Positions 45,371 to 59,585 are shown, counted from the stretch's first letter. The stretch: DNA of 64,000 nucleotides from an uncultured delta proteobacterium (GCA_963845515.1 CAWJSR010000039.1:32001-96000), one strand, 5' to 3'. Translations and numbers: made by a program. Notes: generated by a model from the letters alone, not told the origin.

Positions 45371-47824
45371 CTACCCCCGCAGCTCCGCGCCGACCTTCTC
45401 AGCAAGGCGCTTCACGATCTTCGCGTGCGCGCCGTCGGCCTCGGCGTCCGTGAGCGTGCGGTCCGCGGCGCGATAGCTGATGGCGAGGGCGAGGTTCTTC
45501 TTCCCCGCAGGCAGCGGCGCGCCCCGGTAGACGTCGAAGAGCGTGACCGCCTCGACGAGCGGCTCCTCGCGGACCACCGCCTCGACCGCGGCCGCGGCGA
45601 CCTCCTCCTGCACGACGACCGCGAGGTCTCGCAGGACCGCCGGGAGGCGAGGGATCTGCCGGTACTGTGGCACGAGCTTCATCCGGCGGAGCAGCGCCTC
45701 CAGCGAGAGGCGCAGCGCGAGGACGCCTCGGGGGAGATCGAACGCCGCCGCCACGCGCGGGTGGAGCTCGCCCACCTCGCCGAGGAGCTCGTCGCCGTCG
45801 GCCGCGAGCAGCGCTGCGGAGGTTCGCGGGTGGAGCCAGCCGTCCCCGCTGGCGCGCCACCGGACTTCGACGCCGAGCGCCTCGAGGACGGCCTGCGCGG
45901 CCCCCTTGGCGTCGTAGAAGTCGAGCGGCTCGCTGCCGCCGGCAGCCCAGCCGGCGGGGCTCCGCCTGCCGCAGAGCACCGCAGCGACCTCGACGGATTC
46001 CGCGGTGGGGCGATCCTTCGGGTCGTGGTGCGTGTGGTACACGCTGGCGATCTCGTAGAGCCGCACGTCCTCGACCCGCTGGCGCCGGTTGTGCGCGACG
46101 TTCTTGAGCAGGGAGGGCACCAGGCTCGTCCGCATCACCGAGAGGTCGGCGCTGATCGGGTTCTTGAGCGCGACGCCGAGCGCACGGCCGCTGCCGTCGC
46201 CAGTGACGACGTGCTTCTCGAAGGGTTCGAGCTCGCGCTCCGCCACGAAGCTGAAGTTCACGGCCTCGGCGAAGCCGGACGCCTCGAGGGCGGCGCGGAT
46301 GCGCGCGATCGCCTGGAGCTCGAGCGACTCCACGGGGGTGGCGACGGCGGTGCGCGGGAGGGTCTCGGGGATGGCGTGGTAGCCCTTCGTCCGGACGATC
46401 TCCTCGACGAGGTCCTCCTCGATCGAGACGTCCACGCGCCAGCTCGGGACGACGAACGTCGCCCCCTCGGCGTCGGCCGCCCTCTCGACGAAGCCGAGCC
46501 CGGCGAGGATCTTCTCGGCGTCGGCGCGTGGGATGTCCATCCCCAGGAGCTGTGCCGGGCGCTTCCAGCGCAGCCGGACCTCGCCTGGCTTCGCCGGGAC
46601 TGGATTGGCGTCGACGATCCCGGGCCGGACCGTGCCGCCGGACAGCTCGGCGATCAGCGCCGCGCAGCGGTCGACCGCCGGGATCACCATCCCCGGGTCC
46701 GCGCCGCGCTCGAAGCGGTAGGAGGCCTCGCTCTTGAGCCCCTGGCGGCGCGAGGTGCGCCGGATGGTGCTCGGCTGGAAGAACGCCGACTCCAGGAGCA
46801 CGCGGGTCGTCGCCTGCGAGATCTCCGAGACGCTGCCGCCCATCACACCGGCCAGCGCGCTGCCCTGGTCCGCGTCGGCGATGAGGAGATCCTCGGTCTC
46901 GAGCGCTCGCTCCTTGCCGTCGAGCGTCGTGATCTTCTCGCCCTTGCGCGCGGTCCGGACGACGATCTGGTGGCCGGCGACCTTGTCGAGGTCGAAGGCG
47001 TGGAGCGGGTGGCCAAGCTCCAGCAGGACGAAGTTGGTCGCATCGACCACGTTGGAGATGGAGCGGACGCCGCACCCCTCCAGCCGCCGCTGCAGCCAGA
47101 GCGGCGAGGGACCGATCTTCACCCCCTCGATGACGCGCGCGGAGTAGCGGGGGCACTTCTCGGGGGCGTCGATCCGCACCTCGACGAGGCTCGCGGCCGC
47201 TGCCCCCGCCTCTGCCAGCTTCGGCGCCGGCAACCGCACGGGGTTGCCGAGGATCGCGGCGACCTCGCGCGCGATCCCCACGTGGGAGAGCGCGTCGGGC
47301 CGGTTGGGGGTGACGTTGATCTCGAGGAAGACGTCGGCGAGCTGGAGTGCCGCGGCGATCGGAGTCCCCGGCGCCACGTCCGTCGGCAGGATGAGGAGCC
47401 CGCTGGCGTCCGCCGCGAGCCCCAGCTCCTTCGCCGAGCAGAGCATGCCGAACGACTCGGTGCCGCGCAGCTTCGCCTTCTCGATCTTCAGCCCGCCCGG
47501 GAGGGTGGCGCCCACCTTCGCGAGCGGCACGACGTCGCCGACGGAGTAATTCTTGGCGCCGCAGACGATCTGGAGCGGCTCGCCGCTCCCGGCGTCCACC
47601 TTCGTCACCGAGAGCTTCTCGGCGTTGGGGTGCTTCTCCGAGGCCACGATCCGGGCGGCGACGACCCCCTCGAGCCCCTGCCCCGTCCGCTCGATCCCTT
47701 CGACCTCGAGCCCTACGGCCGTGAGGCGCCTCGCGACCTCATCGACGTCGAGCGAAGGCCCGGCCGGCGAGACCAGCACCGGGAGGTCGACGTATTCGGA
47801 GAGCCACTTGAGCGAGATGCGCAT
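45371..47824 (-). CDS. pheT: Phenylalanyl-tRNA synthetase beta subunit
   Basis: HPNAEKL, IVCGA, TPNRPDALS, RFERG, DLVEEI and C-terminal anticodon-binding domain LFDVYRG. Confidence 0.98.
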   Translation of the reverse strand: MRISLKWLSEYVDLPVLVSPAGPSLDVDEVARRLTAVGLEVEGIERTGQGLEGVVAARIVASEKHPNAEKLSVTKVDAGSGEPLQIVCGAKNYSVGDVVPLAKVGATLPGGLKIEKAKLRGTESFGMLCSAKELGLAADASGLLILPTDVAPGTPIAAALQLADVFLEINVTPNRPDALSHVGIAREVAAILGNPVRLPAPKLAEAGAAAASLVEVRIDAPEKCPRYSARVIEGVKIGPSPLWLQRRLEGCGVRSISNVVDATNFVLLELGHPLHAFDLDKVAGHQIVVRTARKGEKITTLDGKERALETEDLLIADADQGSALAGVMGGSVSEISQATTRVLLESAFFQPSTIRRTSRRQGLKSEASYRFERGADPGMVIPAVDRCAALIAELSGGTVRPGIVDANPVPAKPGEVRLRWKRPAQLLGMDIPRADAEKILAGLGFVERAADAEGATFVVPSWRVDVSIEEDLVEEIVRTKGYHAIPETLPRTAVATPVESLELQAIARIRAALEASGFAEAVNFSFVAERELEPFEKHVVTGDGSGRALGVALKNPISADLSVMRTSLVPSLLKNVAHNRRQRVEDVRLYEIASVYHTHHDPKDRPTAESVEVAAVLCGRRSPAGWAAGGSEPLDFYDAKGAAQAVLEALGVEVRWRASGDGWLHPRTSAALLAADGDELLGEVGELHPRVAAAFDLPRGVLALRLSLEALLRRMKLVPQYRQIPRLPAVLRDLAVVVQEEVAAAAVEAVVREEPLVEAVTLFDVYRGAPLPAGKKNLALAISYRAADRTLTDAEADGAHAKIVKRLAEKVGAELRG

Positions 47825-47836
47825 CGGAAGGCCCGA

Positions 47837-49358
<1,522 letters not shown>

Positions 49359-49460
49359 CGACTTCTCCTGGTGCCGGTGGGAGGTCCCGCCGCCCGACCC
49401 TCATGGTCTGGCGCCGCGACGCTTTTGAGCCCCGCCTGGGCGATGGTCCGACGGCCGGTG

Positions 49461-49664
49461 CTACCGGCTGTACGGAAGGGACTGCTTGATCTTCTTGGCG
49501 TCCATGTCGGCGAGGTGACCGGTACCCCGGAGACCGACCTTCTGCTTCTTCGTCTTCCCGAACGTGGCGAGGTGACGGACGCCGGCGCGGCGGAACTTCA
49601 CCGCGCCGCTCTTCTTCACCTGGAACCGCTTCTTGGCGCCGCTGTTCGACTTGAGCTTTGGCAT
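49461..49664 (-). CDS. rpmI: 50S ribosomal protein L35
   Basis: MPKLKSNSGAKKRF; ATG 49664. Confidence 0.95.
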   Translation of the reverse strand: MPKLKSNSGAKKRFQVKKSGAVKFRRAGVRHLATFGKTKKQKVGLRGTGHLADMDAKKIKQSLPYSR

Positions 49665-49723
49665 CTTCGTGCTTCCTTCTTCAGAGTCGTGCTGGGGCCG
49701 CGACGAGCGCGGCCGGTTCACCG

Positions 49724-50476
49724 CTACTGCGCGGACCCGGTGCCGCCCTGCGGCGGCTCCGTGGGCGCGGGAGTCGTCGAAGCCTCCGGAGCAGCCTGGG
49801 CAGCCGGGGCGTCCGGAGCAGCCGGGGACGGGGCCGGGGTCGCGGGCGACGGCGCAGCAGCCGCGGATGCAGCGCCCGCCTCCGCCTTGGCCGCCGCCAT
49901 CTCGGCGGCCTGCGCCCTGGACCGCTGCGCCTGCAGCAGCTTCGGGTTGGGCGCGACGATCATGAAGAGGAGGCGCCCTTCCATCCTGGGCACCGACTCG
50001 ATGACCGCAACGTCCTTGATGTCGTTCATGATCCGCTCGAGCACCTTCGTCCCGAGCTCGCGGTGCGACATCTCGCGGCCGCGGAACATGACGGTGATCT
50101 TGGCCTTGTTTGCCTCGGCCAGGAACTCGCGGATCTTCTTCAGCTTGGTCTCGTAGTCGTGCTCCTCGGTGCGAGGCCGGAACTTGACCTCCTTGAGGAG
50201 CACCACCACCTGCTTCTTCTTGGCCTCGTTCTGCTTCTTCTTCTCGAGGTACTTGAACTTGCCGTAATCCAGGATCTTGCAGACGGGCGGCTTGGTCATG
50301 GGGCTGACCTCGACGAGATCGAGCCCCTCTTCCTGAGCTTTCGCCAACGCCTGCTCGATCGTGAGGACCCCGAGCTGCTCGCCCGCGGACCCGATCACGC
50401 GGACCTCACGCGCCTTGATACGGCGGTTGGTCCTTGCGTCGCGATTGGTTCTGACGTCCCGCTGCTGGTGGTTCAG
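49724..50476 (-). CDS. infC: Translation initiation factor IF-3 with a probable CTG start and an Ala/Pro-rich C-terminal extension
   Basis: LDLVEVSP..PPVCKILDYGKFKY and FRGRE motifs. The frame extends upstream (NRRIKAREVRVI) to CTG 50476, 8 nt after GGAGG. Confidence 0.93.
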   Translation of the reverse strand: MNHQQRDVRTNRDARTNRRIKAREVRVIGSAGEQLGVLTIEQALAKAQEEGLDLVEVSPMTKPPVCKILDYGKFKYLEKKKQNEAKKKQVVVLLKEVKFRPRTEEHDYETKLKKIREFLAEANKAKITVMFRGREMSHRELGTKVLERIMNDIKDVAVIESVPRMEGRLLFMIVAPNPKLLQAQRSRAQAAEMAAAKAEAGAASAAAAPSPATPAPSPAAPDAPAAQAAPEASTTPAPTEPPQGGTGSAQ

Positions 50477-50503
50477 GCTGAGGCCCTCCGAAAAAGATGG
50501 TGC

Positions 50504-50531
50504 AGGATAAGGATTTTGCGAGCGAAGTCAA
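50504..50531 (-). promoter_or_regulatory. Putative sigma70 promoter of infC-rpmI-rplT-pheST
   Basis: TTGACT-16 nt-TATCCT. Confidence 0.6.
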
Positions 50532-50582
50532 CGGAGGGACGGCCGAGTGGGTCTCGGCCGCCCCATCCGACGCCCATGCGGG

Positions 50583-52159
<1,577 letters not shown>

Positions 52160-52167
<8 letters not shown>

Positions 52168-53869
52168 CGTCGATCATGTCGTTGAGGGGAGCGCCTGCCG
52201 GGACCATCGGGAAGACCTTCTCCTGCCGCCGGACGCGGACGTCGACGATGGTCGGACCCGCCTTGTTGGCGAGCGCCTGATCGATGACCCTGTCGAGCTC
52301 CTCGACCGTCGTCGCGCGGAGCCCGAGGCAGCCGTAGGCGTCGGCGAGCTTCACGAAGTCGGGGCAGTCCGAGAGCGGCGTCCCGGAGAAGCGGTTGTCG
52401 TGGAAGAGCTCCTGCCACTGCCGGACCATCCCGAGGAACAGGTTGTTCAGGATGAAGATCTTGATCGGCAGCTTGAGGTCGACCGCCGTCGCGAGGTCCT
52501 GCAGCGTCATCTGGAAGGAGCCGTCGCCGTCGATCCCGATGACCGTCTCGCCCGGCCGCCCGAGCTGGATGCCGATGGCGGAGGGGAGGCAGAAGCCCAT
52601 CGTCCCGAGGCCGCTGGAGCTGATGAACTGGCGCGGCGCGCTCGTCTTCCAGTACTGCGCGGCGAACATCTGGTGCTCGCCGACGCCGGTGGTGACGACG
52701 CACTTGCCGCCATCGGTCTTCTGCCAGAGCCGCTCGACGACGTACTGCGGGAGGAGGTACTTCGCGCCGTCCTGCTGGTACTTGAGCGGGTGCTTCGCGC
52801 GCCACTCGTCCACGCGCTTCCACCACGCCGTGAGGTCCGGCTTCCCGTGCTGCTCGAAGCCGCGCCGGACCTCCTCGCCAAGCTGCGGGAGGAGCCGCTT
52901 GATGTCGCCGACGAGCGGGACCGTGGCGTTGACCAGCTTGGAGATCTCGGCCGGGTCGATGTCGAGGTGGACCACCTTCGCCTCGGGGGCGAAGGTCGAG
53001 AGCTTCCCGGTGACGCGGTCGTCGAAGCGGGCGCCGAGGGCGATGATCAGGTCCGAGTTCTGGACCGTGTAGTTGGCGAAGCGCGTCCCGTGCATGCCGA
53101 ACATGCCGAGGCACTGCTTGTCGGTCTCCGGGAAGGACCCCTTGCCGGGGAGCGTCGTCACGACGGGCGCGCCGACGAGCCTGGCGAAGGCCTGCACCTC
53201 GAGGTGCGCGTTCGAGGTGCGGACGCCCCCGCCGAGGTAGATGACCGGCCGCGTGGCCTGCCTGACGAGCACCGCGGCGTCCTTCAGCCGCGGCTCCTCG
53301 TGCACCGGCGGGTGGTACCCGGGGATCTCGACCGACTCCGGGTACTCGAAGTCGATCTCGGTGTTCTGGATGTCCTTCGGGATGTCGACGAGCACCGGCC
53401 CGGGGCGGCCGGTCCGCGCGACGTAGAAGGCCTCCTTGAGGATCCGGGGGAGCTCACGGGCGTCGGTCACCAGCCAGTTGTGCTTGGTGATCGGCATCGT
53501 GATGCCGGTGATGTCGGCCTCCTGGAACGCGTCGGAGCCGATGAGCGCGGTCGCCACGTTCCCGGTGATCGCGACGAGCGGCACCGAGTCGAGGTACGCG
53601 TCGGCGATCGCGGTCACCAGGTTGGTCGCGCCGGGACCGGAGGTGCCGAGGCAGACGCCGACCTTGCCCGTCGCGTGCGCGAAGCCCTCGGCGGCGTGGC
53701 CGCCGACCTGCTCGTGGCGGATGAGGACCGGCAGCGGCTTCTCGCACTGGAACAGCGCGTCGTAGATCGGGATGATCGTCCCGCCCGGCATGCCGAAGAT
53801 GTACTCGACGCCCTCGGCCTCGAGAGCCCGGCGGACCGCCATCGCTCCCGTCATCTTCACCTTAGCCAT
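52160..53869 (-). CDS. ilvB: Acetolactate synthase large subunit
   Basis: RHEQ, TSGPGATN, DAFQE, RFDDRVTG, GDGSFQM and LGMVRQWQ motifs. Confidence 0.97.
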
Positions 53870-53979
53870 GTCTCTCCCTGCCCTTTCTGGATGGTTCGGA
53901 TCTTCGTCGCTCGCGTCTCGAGTCGATGGCGGCGGGTCACCCGCGCGGGCCGGCAGCGCCGGGGCGCGGACGCCCGCCC

Positions 53980-54552
53980 CTATACCTTCGACTCGAACGC
54001 GGCGATGGCGTCCGCCTGGGAGAGCAGGAAGCCCAGCTCGTCCACACCATTCATGAGGCAGTAGCGGCTGAAGCTCTCGATCGGGAACTTCGCCGTGCCG
54101 CCGTCGGGCAGCGTCACGGTCTGGCTCTCGAGATCGATCCGGATCTGGAAGCCCGGCGCCGCGATCAGCTGCGCGTGCGCGGCCGGCTCCAGGACGATCG
54201 GGAGGAGCCCGTTCTTGAGCGCGTTGCTGCGGAAGATGTCGGCGATGCGGGTGGAGATCACCGCCCTGAAGCCGTAGTCCGTCAGGGCCCAGGGCGCGTG
54301 CTCGCGGGACGAGCCGCAGCCGAAGTTGTCGCCGGCGACGAGGACGGTGCAGCCCTTCGCCGGAGGGGTGTTGAGCACGAAGTCCGGGCGAGGCTTCCCG
54401 TCGGCGTCATAGCGCCAGTCGGAGAAGAGCCCCTGCCCGAGCCCCTTCTTGTCGGTGACCTTGAGGAAGCGTCCCGGGATGATCTGGTCGGTGTCGATGT
54501 TGTCGCGCGCGATGACGACCGTGCGGCTCTCGATGGTGCGGATCGGTTCCAT
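53980..54552 (-). CDS. leuD: 3-isopropylmalate dehydratase small subunit
   Basis: NIDTDQIIP and [15 protein letters not shown]. Confidence 0.97.
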   Translation of the reverse strand: MEPIRTIESRTVVIARDNIDTDQIIPGRFLKVTDKKGLGQGLFSDWRYDADGKPRPDFVLNTPPAKGCTVLVAGDNFGCGSSREHAPWALTDYGFRAVISTRIADIFRSNALKNGLLPIVLEPAAHAQLIAAPGFQIRIDLESQTVTLPDGGTAKFPIESFSRYCLMNGVDELGFLLSQADAIAAFESKV

Positions 54553-54555
54553 GTC

Positions 54556-55989
54556 CTAGCCCTCCACCAGCCGCCGGGGATCCGCGACCATGCCGGAGAC
54601 GGCCGCAGCCGCAGCGGTCGCCGGGCTCGCGAGGAGCGTCCGCCCGCCAGGCCCCTGGCGCCCCTCGAAGTTCCGGTTGGACGTCGACACGCAGTACTGG
54701 CCGGGCTGCAGCATGTCGCCGTTCATGGCGAGGCACATCGAGCAGCCGGGCTCGCGCCACTCGGCGCCCGCCTCGCGGAAGATCGCGTCGAGCCCCTCCG
54801 CCTCCGCGGCCTTCTTCACCGCGTGGGAGCCGGCGACGACGAGCGTGCGCGTCTTGACCTTCCGGCCGCGCATCACCTTCGCCGCCTCGCGCAGGTCCTC
54901 GATGCGGCCGTTGGTGCAGCTGCCGACGAAGACGACGTCCACCTTCTGGCCGATGATCGGCTTTCCGGGGGTGAGCGCCATGTAGCGGAGCGCGTTCTCC
55001 AGCGTGGCCCGCGCCGACGGATCCTTCTCGGCAGCCGGGTCAGGGACCTTCCCGGTCACCGGGATCCCCTGGGAAGGGTTGGTGCCGAAGGTGATCATCG
55101 GCTCGAGCTTCGAGACGTCGATGGTCACCTCGCGGTCGTACGTCGCGCCTGCGTCGGTCGGGAGCTCGCGCCACCTGGCGACCGCGGCGTCCCACGCGGC
55201 CCCCTTCGGGACCCGCGGCTTGCCGGCGACCCACTGGAAGGTGGTGTCGTCCGGCGCGATCATGCCCGCGCGGGCGCCGCCCTCGATCGCCATGTTGCAG
55301 AGGGTCATGCGCCCCTCCATCGACAGGGCGCGGACCGCGGGGCCGATGAACTCCATCACGTGGCCCGTGCCGCCGCCGACGCCGATCTGGGCGATGATCG
55401 CGAGGATCAGGTCCTTCGCCGTGACGCCGGGCTGGAGCGCCCCGTCGACGCGGATGGCGAGCGACTTCGGCTTGCGCTGGAGCAGGCACTGGGTCGCGAG
55501 GACGTGGCCGACCTCGGAGGTCCCGATGCCGAACGCGAGCGCGCCGAAGGCGCCGTGCGTGGCGGTGTGGCTGTCCCCGCAGACCACGGTCATGCCGGGC
55601 TGGGTCGCGCCCATCTCCGGCCCGAACACGTGGACGACCCCCTGCTGCAGGTCGCCGAGGCCGTGCAGCTCGACCCCGAACTCCTTGGCGTTCTTCTCGA
55701 TCTGGGCGACCTGGGCCTCGTTCTGGGCGTCGAAGAAAGGCCAGCGGCCGTCTGGCAGGCGCGGGAGCGTCGGCGTCGAGTGGTCGGTCGTCGCGAGCGT
55801 GCGATCGAGGCGGCGGACCTTCAGCCCGCGCTCGCGGAGCATGGAGAAGGCCTGCGGGCTGGTCACCTCGTGCATGAGGTGCAGGTCGACGTAGAGGACG
55901 GCCGGCGTCTCGGGCGTCTCCGCCCGGACGACGTGCGCGTCCCAGACCTTCTCGAACAGCGTGCGGGGCTTCTTGGTGGAGTCGGTCAT
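54556..55989 (-). CDS. leuC: 3-isopropylmalate dehydratase large subunit
   Basis: [35 protein letters not shown] and [12 protein letters not shown] motifs. Confidence 0.98.
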   Translation of the reverse strand: MTDSTKKPRTLFEKVWDAHVVRAETPETPAVLYVDLHLMHEVTSPQAFSMLRERGLKVRRLDRTLATTDHSTPTLPRLPDGRWPFFDAQNEAQVAQIEKNAKEFGVELHGLGDLQQGVVHVFGPEMGATQPGMTVVCGDSHTATHGAFGALAFGIGTSEVGHVLATQCLLQRKPKSLAIRVDGALQPGVTAKDLILAIIAQIGVGGGTGHVMEFIGPAVRALSMEGRMTLCNMAIEGGARAGMIAPDDTTFQWVAGKPRVPKGAAWDAAVARWRELPTDAGATYDREVTIDVSKLEPMITFGTNPSQGIPVTGKVPDPAAEKDPSARATLENALRYMALTPGKPIIGQKVDVVFVGSCTNGRIEDLREAAKVMRGRKVKTRTLVVAGSHAVKKAAEAEGLDAIFREAGAEWREPGCSMCLAMNGDMLQPGQYCVSTSNRNFEGRQGPGGRTLLASPATAAAAAVSGMVADPRRLVEG

Positions 55990-55990
55990 C

Positions 55991-57562
55991 TCAGGGGGTC
56001 CCCATCTCCTCGCGAGCCTCGCTGGGCGGCGTGGGGCCGCCCTTCAGCGCGATCCGGTTGATGACGTCGAGGTAGGCGCGGGCGCTCCCCTCGATGATGT
56101 CGGTCGAGAGCGCGCGGCCGCGGTAGGTGCCGGTCGCGTGCTCGACCTCCACCGTCACCTCGCCCTGCGCGTCGTTGCCCGTCGAGACGGCGGTGACCTG
56201 GTACTCGCGGAGCTTGACCGCGATGCCGGTGACCTTCGCGATCGCGTTGAAGACCGCGTCCACAGGCCCGTCGCCCGCCGCCGCCTCCTGCGTCCGCTCA
56301 CCCGCGGCGCTCCGCAGCGCGATCGACGCGCACGGCAGCGTCCCGGTGCCGGAGGTGGTGGAGAGCGCCTCCAGCTCCCAGGCGACCTTCCCCTTCCCCA
56401 GGATCTCGCCGTGGACGCAGAGCGCCTCGATGTCGGCGTCGTAGATGTCCTTCTTCTTGTCGGCGAGGATCTTGAAGTCGGCGAAGACGCGGTCGATCTG
56501 CGCGTCGGCGAGCTGGTAGCCGAGCGCGATCAGCCGCTCCTTGAGGGCGTGACGCCCGGAGTGCTTGCCGAGCACCAGCTGGGAGGTGAAGCCGACCTCC
56601 TCGGGGCGCATGATCTCGTACGTCTCGCGGTGGGTCAGCATGCCGTGCTGGTGGATGCCGGCCTCGTGGGCGAAGGCGTTCTGCCCGACGATCGCCTTGT
56701 TCCGCTGGACGTGCAGGCCGGTCACCTGCGAGACGAGCCGGCTCGCGGGGTAGAGCCGCTCGGTCTTGATCCCGGTCGTGACGTTCAGGACGTCCTTGCG
56801 CGTCTTGCACGCCATCACGACCTCTTCGAGCGAGGCGTTCCCGGCCCGCTCGCCGATCCCGTTGATGGTGCACTCCACCTGGCGGGCGCCCGCCATCACG
56901 CCGGCCAGCGAGTTGGCGACGGCCAGCCCGAGGTCGTTGTGACAGTGGACCGACAGCACGGCCTTCTCGATGCCGCGGACGTGCGCCCTGAGGTAGGTGA
57001 TGACCTCGCCGTAGGTGGACGGGAGCGCGTAGCCGACCGTGTCGGGGACGTTGATGGTCGTCGCCCCCGCGTCGAGGCCGGCCTGCACCACCTCGGCCAG
57101 GAACGGCAGCTCGGTCCGGGCCGAGTCCTCGGCCGTGAACTCGACGTCCTCGAAGAACTGACGCGCGTACTTCACGCCCTCGATGGAGCGCTTGATGATC
57201 TCGTCCTTCGCCATCTTCAGCTTGAAGTCGCGGTGGATCGGCGACGTGGCGAGGAAGACGTGGCAGCGTCGGCGGGGCGCGTCCTTGAGCGCCTCCCAGG
57301 CGGCGTCGATGTCACCCTTGTGACAGCGGGCGAGGCTGCAGACGATGGGACCGGGGACCTGCCGCGCGACCTCGCGGATCGCCTCGAGGTCGCCGGGGCT
57401 GGCGGCCGCGAAGCCGGCCTCGATGACGTCGACCCCGAGATCGGCCAGCGCGTGCGCGACCTGGATCTTCTGAGGGACGGTCATCGACGCGCCGGGCGAC
57501 TGCTCGCCGTCACGGAGGGTCGTATCGAAGATGATGACGCGGGAGGCGGAAGCGTCGCTCAC
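55991..57562 (-). CDS. leuA: 2-isopropylmalate synthase with regulatory domain
   Basis: [40 protein letters not shown] and GDGPVDA. Probable GTG start at 57562 (upstream ATGs possible). Confidence 0.95.
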   Translation of the reverse strand: MSDASASRVIIFDTTLRDGEQSPGASMTVPQKIQVAHALADLGVDVIEAGFAAASPGDLEAIREVARQVPGPIVCSLARCHKGDIDAAWEALKDAPRRRCHVFLATSPIHRDFKLKMAKDEIIKRSIEGVKYARQFFEDVEFTAEDSARTELPFLAEVVQAGLDAGATTINVPDTVGYALPSTYGEVITYLRAHVRGIEKAVLSVHCHNDLGLAVANSLAGVMAGARQVECTINGIGERAGNASLEEVVMACKTRKDVLNVTTGIKTERLYPASRLVSQVTGLHVQRNKAIVGQNAFAHEAGIHQHGMLTHRETYEIMRPEEVGFTSQLVLGKHSGRHALKERLIALGYQLADAQIDRVFADFKILADKKKDIYDADIEALCVHGEILGKGKVAWELEALSTTSGTGTLPCASIALRSAAGERTQEAAAGDGPVDAVFNAIAKVTGIAVKLREYQVTAVSTGNDAQGEVTVEVEHATGTYRGRALSTDIIEGSARAYLDVINRIALKGGPTPPSEAREEMGTP

Positions 57563-57724
57563 GGTGCCTTGCCCTTTCGTGCCAACTGCTCCTGCTGCTG
57601 GGGGGGTGATCGGTTCGGGTCTCGACATGACGATCGGCTCCATGATGAGGGGGGCCGAGGAGTCGTCTCTGTCTGGAGAGCACACCTCTTCGGCCGGGGA
57701 AGGCGGAAGAGGTCTCGGCGGCAG

Positions 57725-57793
57725 CTAACCCGGCCGGGATACCTCTCCCGCCAGGCTAAGAAGTCGTACTACTTGGCTGCTCGCAAACGACAT
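57725..57793 (-). CDS. Putative leu/ilv operon leader peptide MSFASSQVVRLLSLAGEVSRPG (22 aa)
   Basis: Manual translation. It contains the rare-codon run GTA GTA CGA CTT CTT AGC CTG and lies between the promoter and leuA. Confidence 0.7.
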   Translation of the reverse strand: MSFASSQVVRLLSLAGEVSRPG

Positions 57794-57802
57794 GGAGGTG
57801 CA

Positions 57803-57831
57803 AAGTTAGCGGGCTGTGGGCCGTGGGTCAA
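57803..57831 (-). promoter_or_regulatory. Putative sigma70 promoter of the leu-ilv operon
   Basis: TTGACC-17 nt-TAACTT, 9 nt before the leader ATG. Confidence 0.65.
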
Positions 57832-57855
57832 GCGCCGTCCGCTGATGTCCTCGGC

Positions 57856-58551
57856 TCAAGCTTCCTTCGTCCACACCCCGAGAACCGACTTGCCGAGCCG
57901 GAACCCGGTCAGGACGTCGAGGGCGGTCGAGATCGGAACGAGCACGCGATCCCAGAACAACACCTGCCCGCGACTGGGTGAGCCGCTCCTCAAGAAGAGG
58001 CGATTGCCCGCCGAAGCCAGCAAGCCCGCGCTGTCCAGGTATCGGACCGACTCCTCCCGACACCTCGGAGGGGCCACGGCGCGCAGCGACGCGCGCGTAT
58101 AGCGGCGATGGTGACCGATCACCCGGTCGAACTCGGTGTAGAGGGACGGATGCGCGGGCGCCAGGACCGCGAGCGCGCCGCCTGGATTGAGGCGCTCGGC
58201 GGCGCGGCGCAGCTCTGCGGCGTCGTCGACGATGTGTTCGATGACGTCCAGGTAGAGGATGGCATCGAAGCGCCGATCCCGTGGCAGCTCCTCCAGCGTG
58301 CCAACCCGTACTTCGCACCGCGCCATCGGTCCGTCGCGAGGGATGCGCTTCGCGAGCTCGGGATCGGGCTCGAGACACGTCCAACGCGCCACGCGCTCGT
58401 CGATGAGCGCTCGACACGTCGCCCCGATTCCGGCGCCGACCTCCAGGACTTCCCCCCGAAGGACGGGCCGCAATTTCGCACGCACGTACGCCTTCCAGTG
58501 CGTCGCGAGCGCGAAGACATCCAGCTCGCATCCCTGGTAACTCTGCGCCAT
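57856..58551 (-). CDS. Class I SAM-dependent methyltransferase
   Basis: VLEVGAGIG, FDAILYLDVIEH, LNPGG and GHHRRY motifs; ATG 58551. Confidence 0.85.
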   Translation of the reverse strand: MAQSYQGCELDVFALATHWKAYVRAKLRPVLRGEVLEVGAGIGATCRALIDERVARWTCLEPDPELAKRIPRDGPMARCEVRVGTLEELPRDRRFDAILYLDVIEHIVDDAAELRRAAERLNPGGALAVLAPAHPSLYTEFDRVIGHHRRYTRASLRAVAPPRCREESVRYLDSAGLLASAGNRLFLRSGSPSRGQVLFWDRVLVPISTALDVLTGFRLGKSVLGVWTKEA

Positions 58552-58553
58552 CG

Positions 58554-59525
58554 CTAAGGCGGCCAGACCCGATGGACCGCTTCGATGAAGATCGGACAGT
58601 CTCGCACGGGGATCACGGTCTGCATGGAGCGCCCGGCCACCAGCGACAGCGAGAACACCGTGGCTGCCAGCAGCGCCTGAATTAGAAGGACGGCGAGCAG
58701 CCCTGCAGCCGTCGTCGCCCAACCCGGGACCGCCAGCTCGCTCCCGAACCGGAGCGTGACGACCAGAACGACTCCGAACACGGCGAAGGCCGCGAGGCCC
58801 ATCGTGGCCATGAGGAGCCGAACGGCGACGGTGTGACCAAAGACGGCCATCGCGCTGAGGCCGTGGATCACCAGCGACGCGAAGCTCATCCTGGAGTCAC
58901 CGGCGAACCGCTTCGACCTGTCGAGGGGCATCGTGGTCATGGGGCACCTCGACCCGACCACCGCGGCCGCGTAGTGGTTCCACAGCTCCGTGGAGCGGAT
59001 CAAGCGGTGCACGGTCCGCATCGGCAGCACGCTGAAGTTCCCGATCCGCACGTCCGTTCCGACCAGGAGTCGATGGGCGACCCGGTAGAGCCTGTAGAAG
59101 AAGCGGAACACGGGCCCCTCCGCGCGCCGCGCGCGAGCCGCGAAGACCGCCGTCCCCCCGCCGGCTTCGGAGAGACGAGCCAGCATCAGCGGGACGTGAT
59201 CCGGGTTGTCTTCCCCGTCGCCGTCCATCACGACCACCGGCCCCTCGATCCCCACCGAAGCCAGGTGGACGAGGCCAGTGCAGATTGCACGTTGGTGACC
59301 CAGGTTGGAGAACAGGCCGAGCACCTCGACCTTCGCCAGCGCCGAGTACGGCCGCTGCGCGAACCCGACGGGCATCGCCGTCGACGACCCGTCGTTCACG
59401 AGCAGCACCGACGGCCGGAGGCCGGCGGCGCCACAGGCTTCGTCCAGCCCGAGGAGCAGGCACTCCGCGGCCTCCCAGTCATTGAAGACGGGAACGAGGA
59501 TCGTGAGCGGCGGGTCCGTGATCAT
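58554..59525 (-). CDS. Family 2 glycosyltransferase, polyprenyl-phosphate (GtrB/ArnC-like) type
   Basis: VPVFND, VNDGSS, NLGHQRAI and VMDGDGED motifs; two C-terminal TM helices. Confidence 0.88.
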   Translation of the reverse strand: MITDPPLTILVPVFNDWEAAECLLLGLDEACGAAGLRPSVLLVNDGSSTAMPVGFAQRPYSALAKVEVLGLFSNLGHQRAICTGLVHLASVGIEGPVVVMDGDGEDNPDHVPLMLARLSEAGGGTAVFAARARRAEGPVFRFFYRLYRVAHRLLVGTDVRIGNFSVLPMRTVHRLIRSTELWNHYAAAVVGSRCPMTTMPLDRSKRFAGDSRMSFASLVIHGLSAMAVFGHTVAVRLLMATMGLAAFAVFGVVLVVTLRFGSELAVPGWATTAAGLLAVLLIQALLAATVFSLSLVAGRSMQTVIPVRDCPIFIEAVHRVWPP

Positions 59526-59585
59526 CCTGGCGTCAGCAGAGGTCGGGATCGATCCGTCGGCGAGCCGCTCGGATCGGCATTGGCT

